Shown: piece after piece, positions 13,975 to 28,116 of the stretch
How positions within the stretch are numbered: position 1 is the stretch's first letter
How the letters are laid out: the number at the start of each line of letters is the position of its first letter
Notes under the pieces: generated by a model
What the model saw: only the letters and a program-made list of their open reading frames with translations
Told to the model about the DNA's origin: nothing
Databases searched by the model: none
Made by a program: the position numbers and the translations under genes
NCBI GenBank assembly: GCA_977030845.1
Contig: OZ365114.1
Span: 19,840,001-19,904,000 of the forward strand
From: Fimbriosthenelais zetlandica
Taxonomy: Eukaryota
Reading direction: 5' to 3'
DNA length: 64,000 bases

Positions 13975-16900
13975 TCAAATAGTGTGTGAAGCACGATGTT
14001 GGATGATTGAATCGTCAGCAATGTCACTATAACCTGCAGCCACATTTCTCCAAGTCTCGCCCCGCAGGGCTCGTTTCTTGCGAGATTCAGAAGTGACCTG
14101 AGTTTGGTCGTTAGAGTTGACCTTCCTCAACCAATCTCCAATCTTCTCCATGTTCTGATCTACCCATTCCATGTTCTTCTTAGTCCTCTTCTTTATTGAA
14201 TCAATTGTGCTGTTGAGTCCAGATGTGTTGTGAGTTGATATAAAAGATTCAAGCTGAAAATAATCAGAAATGAATAAGGTAAAGAGTAGAAATTGGAGAG
14301 TTATATGATTGTACATCCCTTCCTGTAGGCTCTGACGGAAATGGCCATTGAGAAAACAAAGATTTAAGTTAAAGAACATAGTATCTATTTACATTCTTTG
14401 AGGTCTTTACCTGGTACTGAGGACTAAGTCAGTAACTTTCTCAGATACTTGATTTACATTTTCCCGTGAAGAATTGGATCAAAGCCAACCTTGGTCTCTG
14501 TAATTGTCTGACCTTGTACTTAGACACATAGCCCCCAGTATAGGTTTTGTTTACCATCTCAATGAAGTTGATCAAATAAGGTTACCCTTAGGGATTTTCG
14601 GCACAGATATATTGTTCTTGTAATGCCCTCTTATTTGCACTGTCTTCTTTGAAGGAACAACAGCAATATCAGACCAGCTATTTCAAGATCAACAATCTGT
14701 GATTGAACTCTAAAAACCTATATTAACTTTTCCCTTATGTTATAGGGGCCTACTTACTTCCTTGAGATCCCAGTCAGAGTTCCATGTATCAGATATAGCA
14801 TTGAGTATGGATGATCTTGATATCCTGTAAAAAATAATTTCTTGTATGTAAAACAAGATTGAAATTACCAGGTATATTTAGCAGCTGATCTTGACATCTC
14901 AAATATGACTTCTCAGGTGAATTAGGTATTGCTTCTAGGTTGGAAGCTAATATAATTAATGCTTACTTTGATTCATTCTTTATTTGGAAATCATCCCATC
15001 TTTCTCTTATATAATTCCACACTGCATCCTGGGCATGGCGGTTCCCAGCCACATTAGAGAATACAGAAGTCAAATTGTAGTCAACAGCAAAATCAAGTAC
15101 ACTGAAATAATAATTAGAATACATTGCATAAGAGGTTTAAGAGGTATAAGAACAAAGAGTGAATCATGGACGCATCTGTATAATGGGGCAAGGAAGTACT
15201 TACGTGCGTACGACTTGAGTTTGTTGTGCACATCCGATTGCCCCTGACACTGTAGAATTTTCATAGGCAATGTACACATCCCCATAGTCCTTCTGATAGA
15301 GAGAACGCAGGAATTCCCATTCTTGGTTGCCCCCATATTTCAGACCAACACAATAGACTACAGCCCTCAGATCAGGGTGGATCCTAAATATAAATGTAAA
15401 GACGTTACTAACAATAGATTTTAAGAAAGCCCATTGTATCAGTCATTATATAACTCCAATAGAACAGCGCTAAATGGGACAACACTATATTGTATACATG
15501 CATAGCATAAGGATTGACTCACGGGTTGTTGTTAGGATTTTTCATGAACTGGTCAAAGAGAGCTCTTGCTTTGTTGATGCAAGGGTTGTACCCTCTAGCA
15601 CATGCCTCACCTATGACAATACTTCGAGTGTACCTGGTGAAAAATGCACACAATATTTAGTGATGTCAACAATTCTCCAGTGAGTACAACACATGTTGAA
15701 TACTATGACACTCACCTGTCCAAGTGATTGTCATTTTGCTCAGAGACTTCCCAACCTGATTTGTTGTACATTGGGATGGTCAAGTTCATCAAGTACATCT
15801 GTTTGAAAACAGAAGGTACAGAATATTGTGACTGATTCTTTATAGGATTTCTTTGACTCTTGGTTCTGGGATAGTAAGCAATCAGCCGAAACGTCAATAG
15901 ACTAACTGGAGAGGTCATTCATTGAAGATTTGACTTAGTACTTTACCTCAAGTTGGGAGTAGGCTGGAGTACCATAGAACATGTCCAGATAGTAACCTGT
16001 CCTTCCACGTACAGCTGGGATCCATGGTAAGTACTCCTCCTCATTATACATGTACTGAGTGGCCCGTAATGCTTCCAAATCATCAAACTCTCCTGCTCTA
16101 AAAATCAAATGAACAATAATGATAATACATGCACAATATCCATATGAGTTTTCACAGACTACATTTTTTCATGTCTGTGAACTATTTTGAAGAAGTTGAT
16201 TCAAATTTAGCTGTAAATTCGGTAAATAGTGAATGACTTACGAAGCTAAATTGAAAGCATCATCAAGAAGCTCTGCTCGGTTCTCTACTGGAAACACCTA
16301 AAAGAACCATTCAGAGAAGTTTACTTTTAGAAAGCTGGATGAGCTTGTTAGTGTTAACACATTTTACTGTGGTCAGTTTTCATGGCTTACCATATGGTCA
16401 GTCATCAGTTGGTTGACCAGTGCTCCCCATGTTCCTGCATCATATTTAACACGGTAGAAGCCTTGTTCATATAGGTTGACTAGCTTCCATTCATCAACAG
16501 CTAGACCATCAAATTCAACTACAAAAGAAGCAGAATATCATTGGGTGGGAGTATACATAGTGGACACTTAACATTGGCATCTTTAATCTCATGTGGTCTC
16601 CCTCATTGACTTTAGAAAATGCTAGAAAGTGTTCTTTCCTTTAAATGGCATGTACATCATCTAAACCTACTTGTTGAGTCCCTGTGGATCCATTTTAAAG
16701 TTGGGTCTTCCTTGTTCTTCAGAGCTGATTCCGTGATGTAAGTGAGGGGAATGTCCCATATAAATTCCCTAAAACCAGAGAGTTTATAATGAAGGAACAA
16801 GTCTGATAATCAATGTTGATATGATATACCCTTTGGCTTTGTGAGTTTATTCCCTTGACCCTATCAAATTCAATATATTACTCTTAATATAAAAACTCAC

Positions 16901-19900
16901 CCTAAGTGACTTGGATGACTTATGTTCTTTGATTTGTCCAGCCGGAAGTGGTTTTGTTCCACCCTGAGCTTGCCTGTCCTGAGGTCAGTGACCTCCACAA
17001 AGGGGTAGCTCATCTGCTGGATCCAGGTGTCAAGCAGGGAGGAGAGGTTTACCTTGGTTGTATCCCATGTTACCTTGTTATCAGCTACAGCTTGCTGTAT
17101 GATAAGAAAATTAGTACATGCTCATCACAAATACATTCAAGATAAATAGAATTTGTTTCAAAGAAGGATTATGGCTTAGACCTTATGAAACTTTCGAATC
17201 TCCCTACCTTCTCTAATTCTGCGTACAGATCCTCCCTTTCAGCCGTTTTGTAGGAATACTTAGTGAGATAATTCTGCAGAAAAAGATTATACAGATTATA
17301 CATAGATTATAAATACAGAATTCGATCAACTTGAACCTAATTATCATTTTTCTATATACCAGGGATGAATATGAAACATCTATAATATGGTCATGCTGTT
17401 TACCCTGATTGCTGCCTGGAAAGTTGGCTCAGTGAGGAAGTACTTGATCATCCGTAGAATTGAACCACCCTGAAAAATATAATACAAGTAAGCACTTTAC
17501 ATTTCATAACCAGTAAAGACAAACTGATGCATTTTGGCTTCAGATATCTCGAAAGAAATCCAATGGATGACTCACTCTCATTGAAATTGGCACCCAATGA
17601 ATGAAGAGAATTCGGGTAGCAATTGTTAAGATTTTCAACTGAGAATGAGATTAAAGAAATGCCAACCTTGTAGTAAGTGATACGATGGAATGCTTTACGA
17701 TGTTTACTGTGATGATCCACATCTGTTACATACACAGGCTGGGAGTCATGCTTGCCATCCACGTTCATAATGTACTGAACACGGCGTATGAAGAACTCAT
17801 CCTGCAATACAAAGATATGCAGTTGAAAATTCTTTCTAGAGTCAAGAACGTGGTTGCAAAATCTTGGTTTAAGAGTGAAAAAACTTACCATCTTCCAGTC
17901 TGTTTCAACTTGGTGGAGACCTACCATGTCACCAAAGTATGTGGCAAAGGCTTCATTCAGGAAGATATTGTCCCACCAATGGCATGTGACCAAATTTCCA
18001 AACCACTACAAAGTCATTGTTTATGAATTAGTGATTTGAAGATTAGAATCCTCATAAATTAAATTTAGAAACTACACTTTATTGATAGTATTGGCCGGAC
18101 CATTTTGGCTACAACACTGCACTTTATCCCTTTGTGGCCATTATTCTTGAATGGGAAAGAGACATTTTTCAACCATCCACAACTTAATATTGTGCAATCC
18201 TGATGGTAGGCTGATTGAAATATCTTATAGCACCACACATGGATGAAAATATAGCCTGCTCTACTATAAGCATAATAATACAGGATAGAGCTAAGTCTGA
18301 CCTGGTGAGCCAATTCATGAGCTATGACACTCGCCACCCATCTCTTGTCAGACATTGCAGTGTAGTCAGGGTTGAAGAGGAGAGCAGTTTCTCTGTAGGT
18401 CACCAGGCCCCAGTTCTCCATTGCACCCGCGGCAAAATCAGGCACAGCAATCTGATCTGTCAAAAGGTCAGCTGAATTATCACGTTTACATATCACAGAA
18501 TGATATTTTTATTTCTTATCAACTTTTAAACTAGGCCTATACCTCCATATGGACTTTTAATCGCCCGACATGATAAACATGCGCTTGCTCTTAAAGGTAA
18601 AGCAAGCATCTTCATTGTTGAGTTCTCCACCAATGTTAAATAGTTCGCGGACGTGAGTGACTGCTTATATATTTAGTATACCACCCATCTACCGAGACTT
18701 TCCTGTAATCTTTGATATGAAAAAATGCTTTTTCAAATGCCATGAACTAAGTCATAAACAAACCCATTTTTGGAAGTGAGTATGGGATGCCAGTCCAGTC
18801 CTCGAAAGCTTTGAGGATATCACCACTGATACTATTGGCATACTCTGCATATTGTATGAACGTTGGTCGTGTCCACACGCGCATCTACATGTATAGAGGA
18901 CAATTATGTAAATCTTTCATTCTGATATTAATATTAAATTTTGATACTTGAATATAGCAATTTTATTCTTAATAAATAAAAATAAGTCATCCTTTACCCT
19001 TGTCCCCGATGGCGCTATACTTTCCACATACGTAAATTGAGAAACCACAAAGGCCAAGAGATAGGTGGGCATGACAACAGTTCTCTCATAAATATCAGCT
19101 TCCCATCCATCTCCCCTGTAAGATAGATGTGGAGATATTGCATTGATGTCGTCCTCTTGGTCTGAGAAATCTTAGTATAGAAAGGTATAGACCCTAAACT
19201 GAACTAGAACTGTGATGCTTTTGTATAAAGGGATTTTGGATCCAAAAGAAAATTCTAGATCCATCATATCCATACCTGTCTTCCGTGGTTTTGATTGGCA
19301 TATTAGAGATGGACGTGAAGTTGTTACGTCTGACTAGTGTGACATCAAAAGTGGCTTTTAATGCAGGCTCATCGAAGCAGGGGAAGGCGCGACGTGCATG
19401 TGTTGTTTCAAACTGTGTAGATACCAGCCAGCTTAATAAGATAAAATAAAACCACTTTGTAAAATGCAATCACAATTTTGAAGATGAAGTTATGATTTTC
19501 CATCCATACCTGTCACTCCCTAACTCAGTTCCAAACTCCCTCCAACACTCCTAGGCTCATGTAGGATCAATATCAAAATTCCTATCCTAAAAGATTTGCC
19601 CTTGGAAGTGCAATTGACATTGGACTCAACTATGAATGTACCTTGGGCAATCACGCCACTTAATAATTATGCTTATGAGGGAGAGTTCATGGAATTAATC
19701 TACAATTTAAAGCATAATGTGACCTCCTAAATATTCATCAGCTGGAATGGGAGGGTATAGTACCGCACACCCTCAACCTTCACTCATTGAACTATTGAAA
19801 GATGTATAGGGGGCATTTCACTTTATAATAAGTGCACATCTTTTTATGAGATGGCCCTTAAATTGAAACTCTTTTTGTCATCTTTAGCATATAAATGTCT

Positions 19901-22900
19901 CAGTATCCAGCTTTTTGTTTTAAAAGTACTTACTGTAGTGTTTTGTTTTCTGTGTATGAACTCCGATACAAGCCTCGCCAGTCTGGGTGGATGAGGGTAC
20001 CATTGAATGACATGGAGATGATATAGCTTGTATTAGCCATCATCATCTGACCAGTGTAGATCTTATAAAATTGCCTGGATGTATCCTCCTCTGTCCTGTT
20101 CACTGTTAGGATGCTATTTGTATTGCCAGTGACATCTCTGTATGGAAAAGTAAATACCGTTTTTCACTCTCCCAAATTCATACCAATTTCAAGACCTTCA
20201 TTAACCTGAAGGCAAGTCCTATGATATAGCGGTCTATAGATGTAGGCTAGGTAATGGGTATAGACCAGGTTATTTGGGAATTGCTCACCTGATTTCAATG
20301 GTGTTATTATGAACTGTCACTTCATCCACATGTAAAATAATGACATCTGTATCCTTCTCACATTTTGCAAATATTTCCACTGTCCCATTGAAGCCGAAAT
20401 CATCCCCATAGTACAAACGTGGCCATAACTCTGCATAAATAATATATTTATTATAATAAATATAGTATACATTTTCTTGCATATAGGCCTATATGAAATG
20501 TAAGACCTTAATTCTCAGTAATCCTTGATTAATTCATTATACTCGTAGACAACTCTACGCTTAGAATGAGGAGGGGGACTAAGAAAGTGAATATAAGGAA
20601 GAGAAAGAATGAGATTGTCCATAAAGAATGGTGATAGGTGAGATAGAGGAGAAATAGATAATGCACTTAAAAGGAAGTGATGTCTGTGAATGGAACCGAG
20701 AGTAAAGTAAGTTAGGTCACCTAAGTTGTAATGGGATGGGACGATTGTGTCATTTAGACGAATTCCTGTCGGCACTTCTTTCTTCTTGTCCTTCTTATCG
20801 TCCTTCTCTGTCGAGCTTTCTTTCTTACCTTGATCCATGTTTCCACACAATGCTTCTGTGTAGGAGATAAAAACTAACAATGAGAGAATTATCCAATCCC
20901 CTCAAGAATTTGGCAACGGCATTAGTTGTTCAGAGACTTATATCTACATATGCAGTTATTTTAATGCATCTGGTGTTTTGTTAACATTGGCGGATTCATA
21001 TGCAACTATACTGAAGTGACTGAGGGCTATAGGTTCTCTATATAATTGTTTTTGCTTTGTGAAATATCGTTTTGAAGTTCCATTTTAAAAGGACATGTAT
21101 TCTATATACCCTCAGGCTGATCCTCTCTTCGTGTAGCCTACTCAATTTAAAACTCAATCTTCCTAACCCGTTGAGAATATGAGTTTAGGTGTACCCATTA
21201 TATTGGGCGCTCCTAGCATACACATAAAGGAAGCTCTTTATAAAAAATATACTGATATATACATGTACAAAGTGAAAATGTGTGATATACCAGTTTCTAT
21301 ATAGGATGTTCCTATAAACTTGATACATTAAAACATGCGCAACTGAACCAATGCGCATAGTGTTGATGGAGCACAATTAAAAAGAATAGGCCTTATATAC
21401 ATCTAAACTGGAATGAAACCGAATATATATTGGATATGTCAATTCCCAATGCGCAATTCAAGTTCATTTCTTAGGAGAAAACACTTCAATTTGGAATAAA
21501 TTTATACTGCGCATAAAAATAACTGGCTCGTCCGATTTAAAAGTATTTTCCATCCATCCTGTTTATCTAACTTGGTGAATTCCAATAATGTTACCTGGTA
21601 CCTAGTTTCAGTCTTATTTGTGTTCATGGGCTTGTATTTGTGTATATACGTGTGTCTGCATAGACATAGAATCACAATAGCTCTATATTATGTGGGGAGA
21701 AACATGATCACATCTGTTCTTCTGTAGAATGACAGTATTAAAGAAGGTGGGAATTGAAGTTTGGTGGAGACCAGCATTATTAGGTATACTCCCCTCCTGG
21801 GAATGGTGTTCTGGAAGAGTGAATAGAGGCCAGGATTGTATGCTTGGTTCTTTTTATTCCTACGGCATGCCTCAAGGTGAGTTGTGTCAACATAAGAACC
21901 AACTCTAAACCGACTTATACTCCAGGATACATCCCCTAAAATCGGACTAGGTGCGATTTTATATATTATGCGTGACAACTAACAAATAATTGCGTTCAAT
22001 TCAATAGCTAATGATAAATATACAGATATAATTATATAGAAAATACAAGTGTCACTAAGATTCCATATTTGGGGGGATGAGGAGTTCCTAAAATTGCGAA
22101 TTTCAAACTAAATTGTCATGCAGCAAGCACATAATAAATTAAAGACGACTTTATCACATACATGATGCCCTGGATATTATATGATATATTTCTTGGAAAA
22201 ACAAGTTTATTAACAATTTTAAATAACCTATTAACTAGACCAGGCCATGGCTAACTGTCGATCTTCCCTTGGGCAATGTTGGCCCGCATGGACCTGTATG
22301 TGTGCTCAATGATTTCCTACGGGGCACCCACACATGGGTTAATCTCAGACATGTTCTGAAAAATATATGAGCTGATGGTCGGAGGGTTTGAATCGGTAAT
22401 CTACTTCACATAAAATTATATACTTATAAAAATTTGATCCATACAAACTATTTTGGCCAAAGGTCAACCCATATACGTAGGTCTACTGTATGTATACCCA
22501 TTATTAGGTCTATATAGAATTGAAATGGGTCATTTCTGACTGCTTTGACATGGGAAGGTGGAATGTGATAGGAAAGAGAGTTGAAAACGCGGATGAGCCT
22601 GTCAGGAATTTAGTATACAGGGATGCACCAGCAGGGAAATGTAATTGGAACCTTGTAATCTGATCAGATATAGTAGTAACACAATCTAAGGTGTACGTTT
22701 CCATGCAGAGTCCGAAGGGGGCGGAGTGATTTAGATCAGAGAGGGCATTCAATCCATTCTTTACTAACCCCATTATTCAAAGGTTAATCAAATTAACCTT
22801 GAATAACAATTAGATTAATTTAATCGCCAAAGGATCGCAAGTGCAATAATTAAATATAGGTAACTTCTTGATGTCAGTATAGATATCTATTCCCGCATCT

Positions 22901-23676
22901 ATTTCAAATATATTTCTATGAATAATGTAATGTTATATTCTTTCATTCAAGAGAAAGAGATTCTTGGCTAAAGCATTAATGTCTTCATGGTTGACCAGGC
23001 GCTTTATCCAAGATAAATACTTTTATCCAATTAGTCATGTAAGTGCATATCACACAGAACACTGGACTCATTATGCATTGTGCATATATTGAATGACCCA
23101 TTCTGCAATGATCGAGCTGCTCTGAGCATGAAAGTTACAATGTATCTTCTGTATAGCCTACAGACACAGTATATAGTTTCAATACTAATAGACTTGATTC
23201 GTAAAAACAGTTCTTATTCATTCAAATCTGATAGACCACGACAGTGTAAACCTGTTGCTGGAGATGATTCAATGATAATTTTTCTTCAATATACTACTGA
23301 CGTCTGTTGTATGTATAAAACATCTATAAATACTTTGAGCCTCAAAGAATGAATAGGCACAAATTCTTTTCACTTTCAAAGTAAAATATTAAATGCACGC
23401 TATAGTTATAATATTGAGGTTCTGTAGGATAGACTTACCCGCTCCATTGTCCTTGATATACCTTTCACATGTTTCTTTGCGTTTAGCATCAGTCAGTTGT
23501 GGACATTTTTCCCGTGGAGCAGCAAACCAAACTATTAATCCGACAGCTATCACTGCTGCTAGAGCTAATGCCAGCAGAAAAAGTGCTGTGGCCGGTTTAA
23601 CAAACCAACCCTTGGCCTTTTTCCCAGAGGCCTCTTCAAGAGTGAGATTCTGCCTGCTCGTAGATTCGGTTCCCAT
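13975..23676 (-). CDS. ANPEP: M1-family zinc aminopeptidase, aminopeptidase N-like type II membrane protein, ~1044 aa, 23 coding exons (symbol is family-level only)
   Basis: Exons (minus): 23676-23439, 20855-20721, 20430-20289, 20137-19934, 19431-19276, 19115-18998, 18884-18764, 18456-18302, 18005-17889, 17801-17667, 17469-17404, 17273-17208, 17094-16901, 16768-16671, 16518-16391, 16297-16242, 16097-15947, 15798-15716, 15633-15523, 15383-15204, 15101-14967, 14824-14758, 14253-13975. All phases join, giving 3135 nt. Motifs: N-terminal TM anchor ([21 protein letters not shown]), [28 protein letters not shown]18-E ([11 protein letters not shown]), [14 protein letters not shown]. Confidence 0.95.
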
Positions 23677-25514
23677 GGTGAAGTGATAATTTGTGTAATT
23701 GATTAAGGCTGAGGATAACTTAGTGTAGTGTGTGCGGCCAGGTGGCCGATGGTTGAGTGAAAGTTCAGGTGTGCCCAAAGTTGTGCGCTGTTTGCTCCTT
23801 TTAGACTCTGGCGATTGGATACACAAGCCTGGAGTGTCATGAAATGTTTAACTAAGCCAATCCTTTACCAGTTCCAGTGGAGCGCCTATCTACATAGGAC
23901 TTCCACCTCTGCATGGTGATTTTAGACGCCATTACTATCTACAATCCCATTCCAACCCATTCTCTCCTGTAGAAAATGTCATAATCATCCTAAGTTTATG
24001 TGGTTAACAATTTTCACCCAAAAATATTCGACTATCAAGTCTGAGATTAAAGATCGCTTTATATGTAATGTAAGGGGACCACGACTAAGTTGATCATACT
24101 AAATTTTATTTCTCAAGTAATATAGGCACTCCCAACCCCCTCCGCCATACAGATTGGGTTATTACCTTTTGTTTTTAAAAACTGTGCAAAAGTAACTGAT
24201 ATGTTTAATATGCTTATTAATTTAATAAAATATATGAACATTTTTGAATACTTGGTGCGATTTACCATTTCGGTGTATGAAATTGCATGTGAAACGGGTC
24301 TATCCAAGGTATTAAGTGTAAATATACTCAGGTAGGTGAACGAGGTCTACCTGCCCTGCCACTTTCTATACTTTACAATGGTGGCCTACAGGGTTGTGCC
24401 AACATCTCACATACATGTACAGTATGAATTTACTGAAAGAAAATTCCCATGGGTCAGGGCCATTAGATAGGGCGTATTAGGAGTAATGTTAACTCTTTTT
24501 ATATAGAGCCTAATTTTTCCTTAATTGATTAATTGTGAATCAACTAAATATTACTTGTTTGATTACCAATCGAGCATTTAGTTAAAAACAGATTCATTGT
24601 GCATCCATTGAATTTGATTAAAGCGATTTATCAGAAATTGGCATCTGAGGTGCTTGTAAATCATTGTTGGCAGAGGAGTAACTCTTGTGCATCAACCGAG
24701 AGAAATGTCACCCATCCCTCTAGTCACACTTGAGTACAACTATGAAATCATAGCCAAACGCCCAAATATACGTTGTTATTTATTAAATGTTTATTAATAT
24801 AAAGAGATAAATTACTTTTTCTGTTGATACTACAGCGTTTAGATGCCAGGTACATTTACAATCACCGGAAATTATTGATTATTTTGTGGACAAAAGATGT
24901 CCAAGTAAATATAAGGCGGAAACCAACGAATATATCTTTAGAAACTAGAAAAGATTCATTGAGCACAGCAGACATAACAAAGTACTTCTAGAATATCTTT
25001 TATTTATTTTTTTTACTAAAAAACAATCTATAAGGATCTACGAGAAAAATAATCAGTTTGAAGAAACTTTCTTTATCTTCGTTGCCATTGAAAAAAAGAA
25101 AACAGTTCATGCATTATCGCTAGATTGACTCATAATTACGGACAAGAGTTTTTCTAAATGAAATTAATTACTGAATTCATACTTCAATTTCAGAGAATTT
25201 TCTTTGACATACGTAAAATTAATAAAATCGGTATAAAATATCCATGGATATAATTTTTTAAAATACGTAAAAAATCCAAATTCCAACTGACCACATGAAG
25301 ATACACACTCAGGGAATTTTAGGGGAATATAAAAATAAAATGCCAACATTAATTCGAGGAATATTCAGGGCAGTGAGAGATGTCCTTTAAAAATATTGTC
25401 TCATGATTTAGTTGACTTGTATGATAATCTTTTAACAAGTGTAAACGACATTTAACATTTTAATTTTCTAAATTTTTTTAAGGGTTTCGGGCAGGCGCAT
25501 GAATGGCTCTGGCA

Positions 25515-27841
25515 TTACTGTTGCCATGGAGGCTTGCTTCGCTGCCATGGAGGGGAAGCCATTTGCCTGCGGAAGTTGAGGGTAGCTTGTGAAGTTTGGT
25601 CTTTGGCTTCTTGTCTGTTGTGTCTTCCCGATGAGCCGCCATGATCTCTCCTCCGCTCATCTCTGGAATCATCTCTATGGTCCTCTCTGTCGCCCCTCGC
25701 ATCTTCTCTATGTCTACGATCATCTCTGTTGTCAGGTTGTCGCCCTCTCCGGGCGTCTCGGGATCTATCCTTGTAGTTATCACCGGATCTCTGGTCCCAG
25801 CTGGCGGACTGGTCATCTCCTGGACTCCGCCTGGACCGGTCATCATGTGAACGCTTCCTGCTGTGCTGGCTCTTATCTCTAGAGTTCCTGTCCCTGGAAT
25901 CTTGAGAAGGATCAGGACTGTAATCTCGACTATAAGGACTATTGTCTCTCGATCCCTTCCCGCCATCACGTGATTGATTCTGACCCATGAGAGGCCCGGC
26001 GAAATGAGCCTGGGGGTTGCGTGAACCAAAATCAGGGGCGGAGAAGGAACGGTGGAAATTAGTATCCTGAAGAACTGCAGCCATAGGAGGACAAAGGGGA
26101 TTGTGGGCCACCATCATGTAAGGAGCTGCAGCTGGTGGCCTCATAAGACCTTGACCCATCATAAGGGGCATGGCTACATTGGGTTGCATGTTACTCATGC
26201 GATGATGAGGGGGAGGTGCTCTCTGCTGAGGCTGCATATTATAGTCCATCTGGTTATGTTGCTCGTGGATGGAACCAGATCGAAACTGAAGTCGTAGAGT
26301 TCTGCCAAACAAGCGGGCATCCGACAGTAGCTGCATAGTGTATGGCACAGAATCAACATGTCGGAATGTGATGAAGCCATAGCTTTTTTTTCGGCCATCG
26401 GTAGCTGGGATTTTCACCTGGTCCAACGGCCCACCCTGCAAAAGATGAAAAGAATATATATATATTAATATTAATAGTTAATAAGTGTACTGTAGGCCTA
26501 CTTCTATTCAGTTTATACCAATGTCATAAATGAGTTTGGGAGGGTAGGCTTATGATTTTATATAGCCTTATGGGGCCCTCACACATAGGAGAACTTACAT
26601 GGCGAAGTATGGCGAAGTTATCATCGCCAAGCTTCGCATTAACATCTCCCAAACATCTCCTAACTTCGCATAGCTTCTTGGCTGTTCGCGGCGAAGTTTT
26701 GGCCGTCCGCGAACGTTTTGAACATGTTCAAAACCATCGCCACTCTGATGGAGAAGTTGACATCAATTTCACTTCGCGACAACCTCGCAACATCATCTTG
26801 GAGACGTCTTAGCAACGTCGCCAAGTTCGCGTTAACTTCGCCAGTACATCTTGTCAATTCGTAGCATTGTTTACAACTTCTTGACAACTTCTTGGCCAGC
26901 AATTTTGTCACGAAGTTAACAATAGGCAATGCGAAGTGATGCGACATTAACAAGAGGTTAGCAAGATGCCTCCTCTTGATAGCGTCGCCTTAGCTTCGCG
27001 TTATTGTCGCCAGGGCATCGCAATGCATCGCCCTAGTATCCTCACACTTCGTGGCGATACCAAGGCGAAGTGTGTGGTCGTAGCAACGTCGCCAACGTCT
27101 TGGCAGCCTCTTGGTAACCTCTCGACGGCAACGCGCCACGTCTTCTCAACCTCTTATTGACTTCTCAATGACTTCTCAACATGGACGCACTAACGTCTCC
27201 CCAACGACGCATAGCGTCGCCTTGCATCGCCTTGGTGTCGCACAAAGGACTCAACAACCCAGACACACCGTCGCGTTCGTCAATTTTCGCGGCGAACTTC
27301 ACTTCGCGTCAAATAAAACTTCTTGGCGCCAAGTTCTCCTATGTGTGAGGGCCCCATTAGCCTATATGATCGGCCCCTTCTAGGGTTCCTAACAGGGATG
27401 GATACCAGGTACTCTATCTAATATAGCCTATACTATAGGGCCTACAATTACCGGTAGAGGCTAACTATTGTCTATTCTGATTGATTTCAAGGGGAATTTT
27501 TTATTTCACAATTTGATATGATCACCTCCCTGCTTCCCTTCTGGGAACAAAGGGGATCGATTGGGCTCCGAGTCCTACATTCCGTACCCGTACTGCCGCT
27601 GGGACAGCCCGGCGGGGCTCGGCCCCGAGTGGCTATCCAAGCCCAGGCCGGTGTGGGCGATAATGGAGGAATAATTACCTTCACAAGCAGATTACAACAT
27701 CATACGAACATGAGAAATGATTTATAGTGAACCTGTGTATCGACCAACGTAACATACCTGGATAAAGAGTTCATAGAGCAGTTCTTCAGTGACATCTTCG
27801 TGTAAATTCCCACAAAATAAAGTCCGATCATTTTCCGCCAT
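25515..27841 (-). CDS. RBM7: RNA-binding protein 7 (NEXT complex RRM subunit), 334 aa, 2 exons
   Basis: Exon 1 27841-27758 (MAENDRTLFCGNLHEDVTEELLYELFIQ) joins in phase 0 to exon 2 26435-25515 (GGPLDQVKIPATDGRKKSYGFITF...LFGRTLRLQFRSGS). It has an N-terminal RRM of RBM7/11 type, RSFSAP matching the RBM7 RSFSSP phospho-site, and an R/D-rich tail. Confidence 0.9.
26571..27356. mobile_element. Non-autonomous PIF/Harbinger-type MITE (786 bp) in the RBM7 intron
   Basis: Perfect 26-bp TIRs (TGGGGCCCTCACACATAGGAGAACTT at 26571; AAGTTCTCCTATGTGTGAGGGCCCCA ending 27356) with a TTA target-site duplication on both sides. The interior is CpG-rich and has no transposase ORF. Confidence 0.88.
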
Positions 27842-28116
27842 CTTGGAAGGACGCGCCCTGTTAGGGTAAATATTCACCGGGTGAACACATTGATGAAAAG
27901 GCTTGAATCAACCCAAAACTGATGTCTCGCATTAAAAATCTGTGACTTCTAATTTGTATAATCATTTATATGTCTAAAACTTAACTTAGCAGAATTCATT
28001 GCGCCATACAGGAGACTCAAACAGTTCCATCCTTTCGGATAATATTCACCGCGACACCATATTTTTGTTTTCACCAACTGAGCGGTAAATACAAATCAAA
28101 ATTTCAACTTTGAGTG
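27842..28116. promoter_or_regulatory. Bidirectional promoter region between RBM7 and ANKLE1
   Basis: Only 275 bp separate the divergent start codons (27841 minus, 28117 plus). A YY1-type CCGCCATCTT overlaps the RBM7 ATG. Confidence 0.65.

Noticed and set aside
25478-26029. 183-aa alternative-frame ORF overlapping RBM7 exon 2
   Set aside because: It is a shifted frame of the repetitive R/D-rich RBM7 coding sequence with no recognisable domain; an expected by-product.
26552-27383. Several short ORFs inside the MITE
   Set aside because: No DDE transposase or Myb/SANT motifs; the open frames reflect GC-rich repeated motifs.
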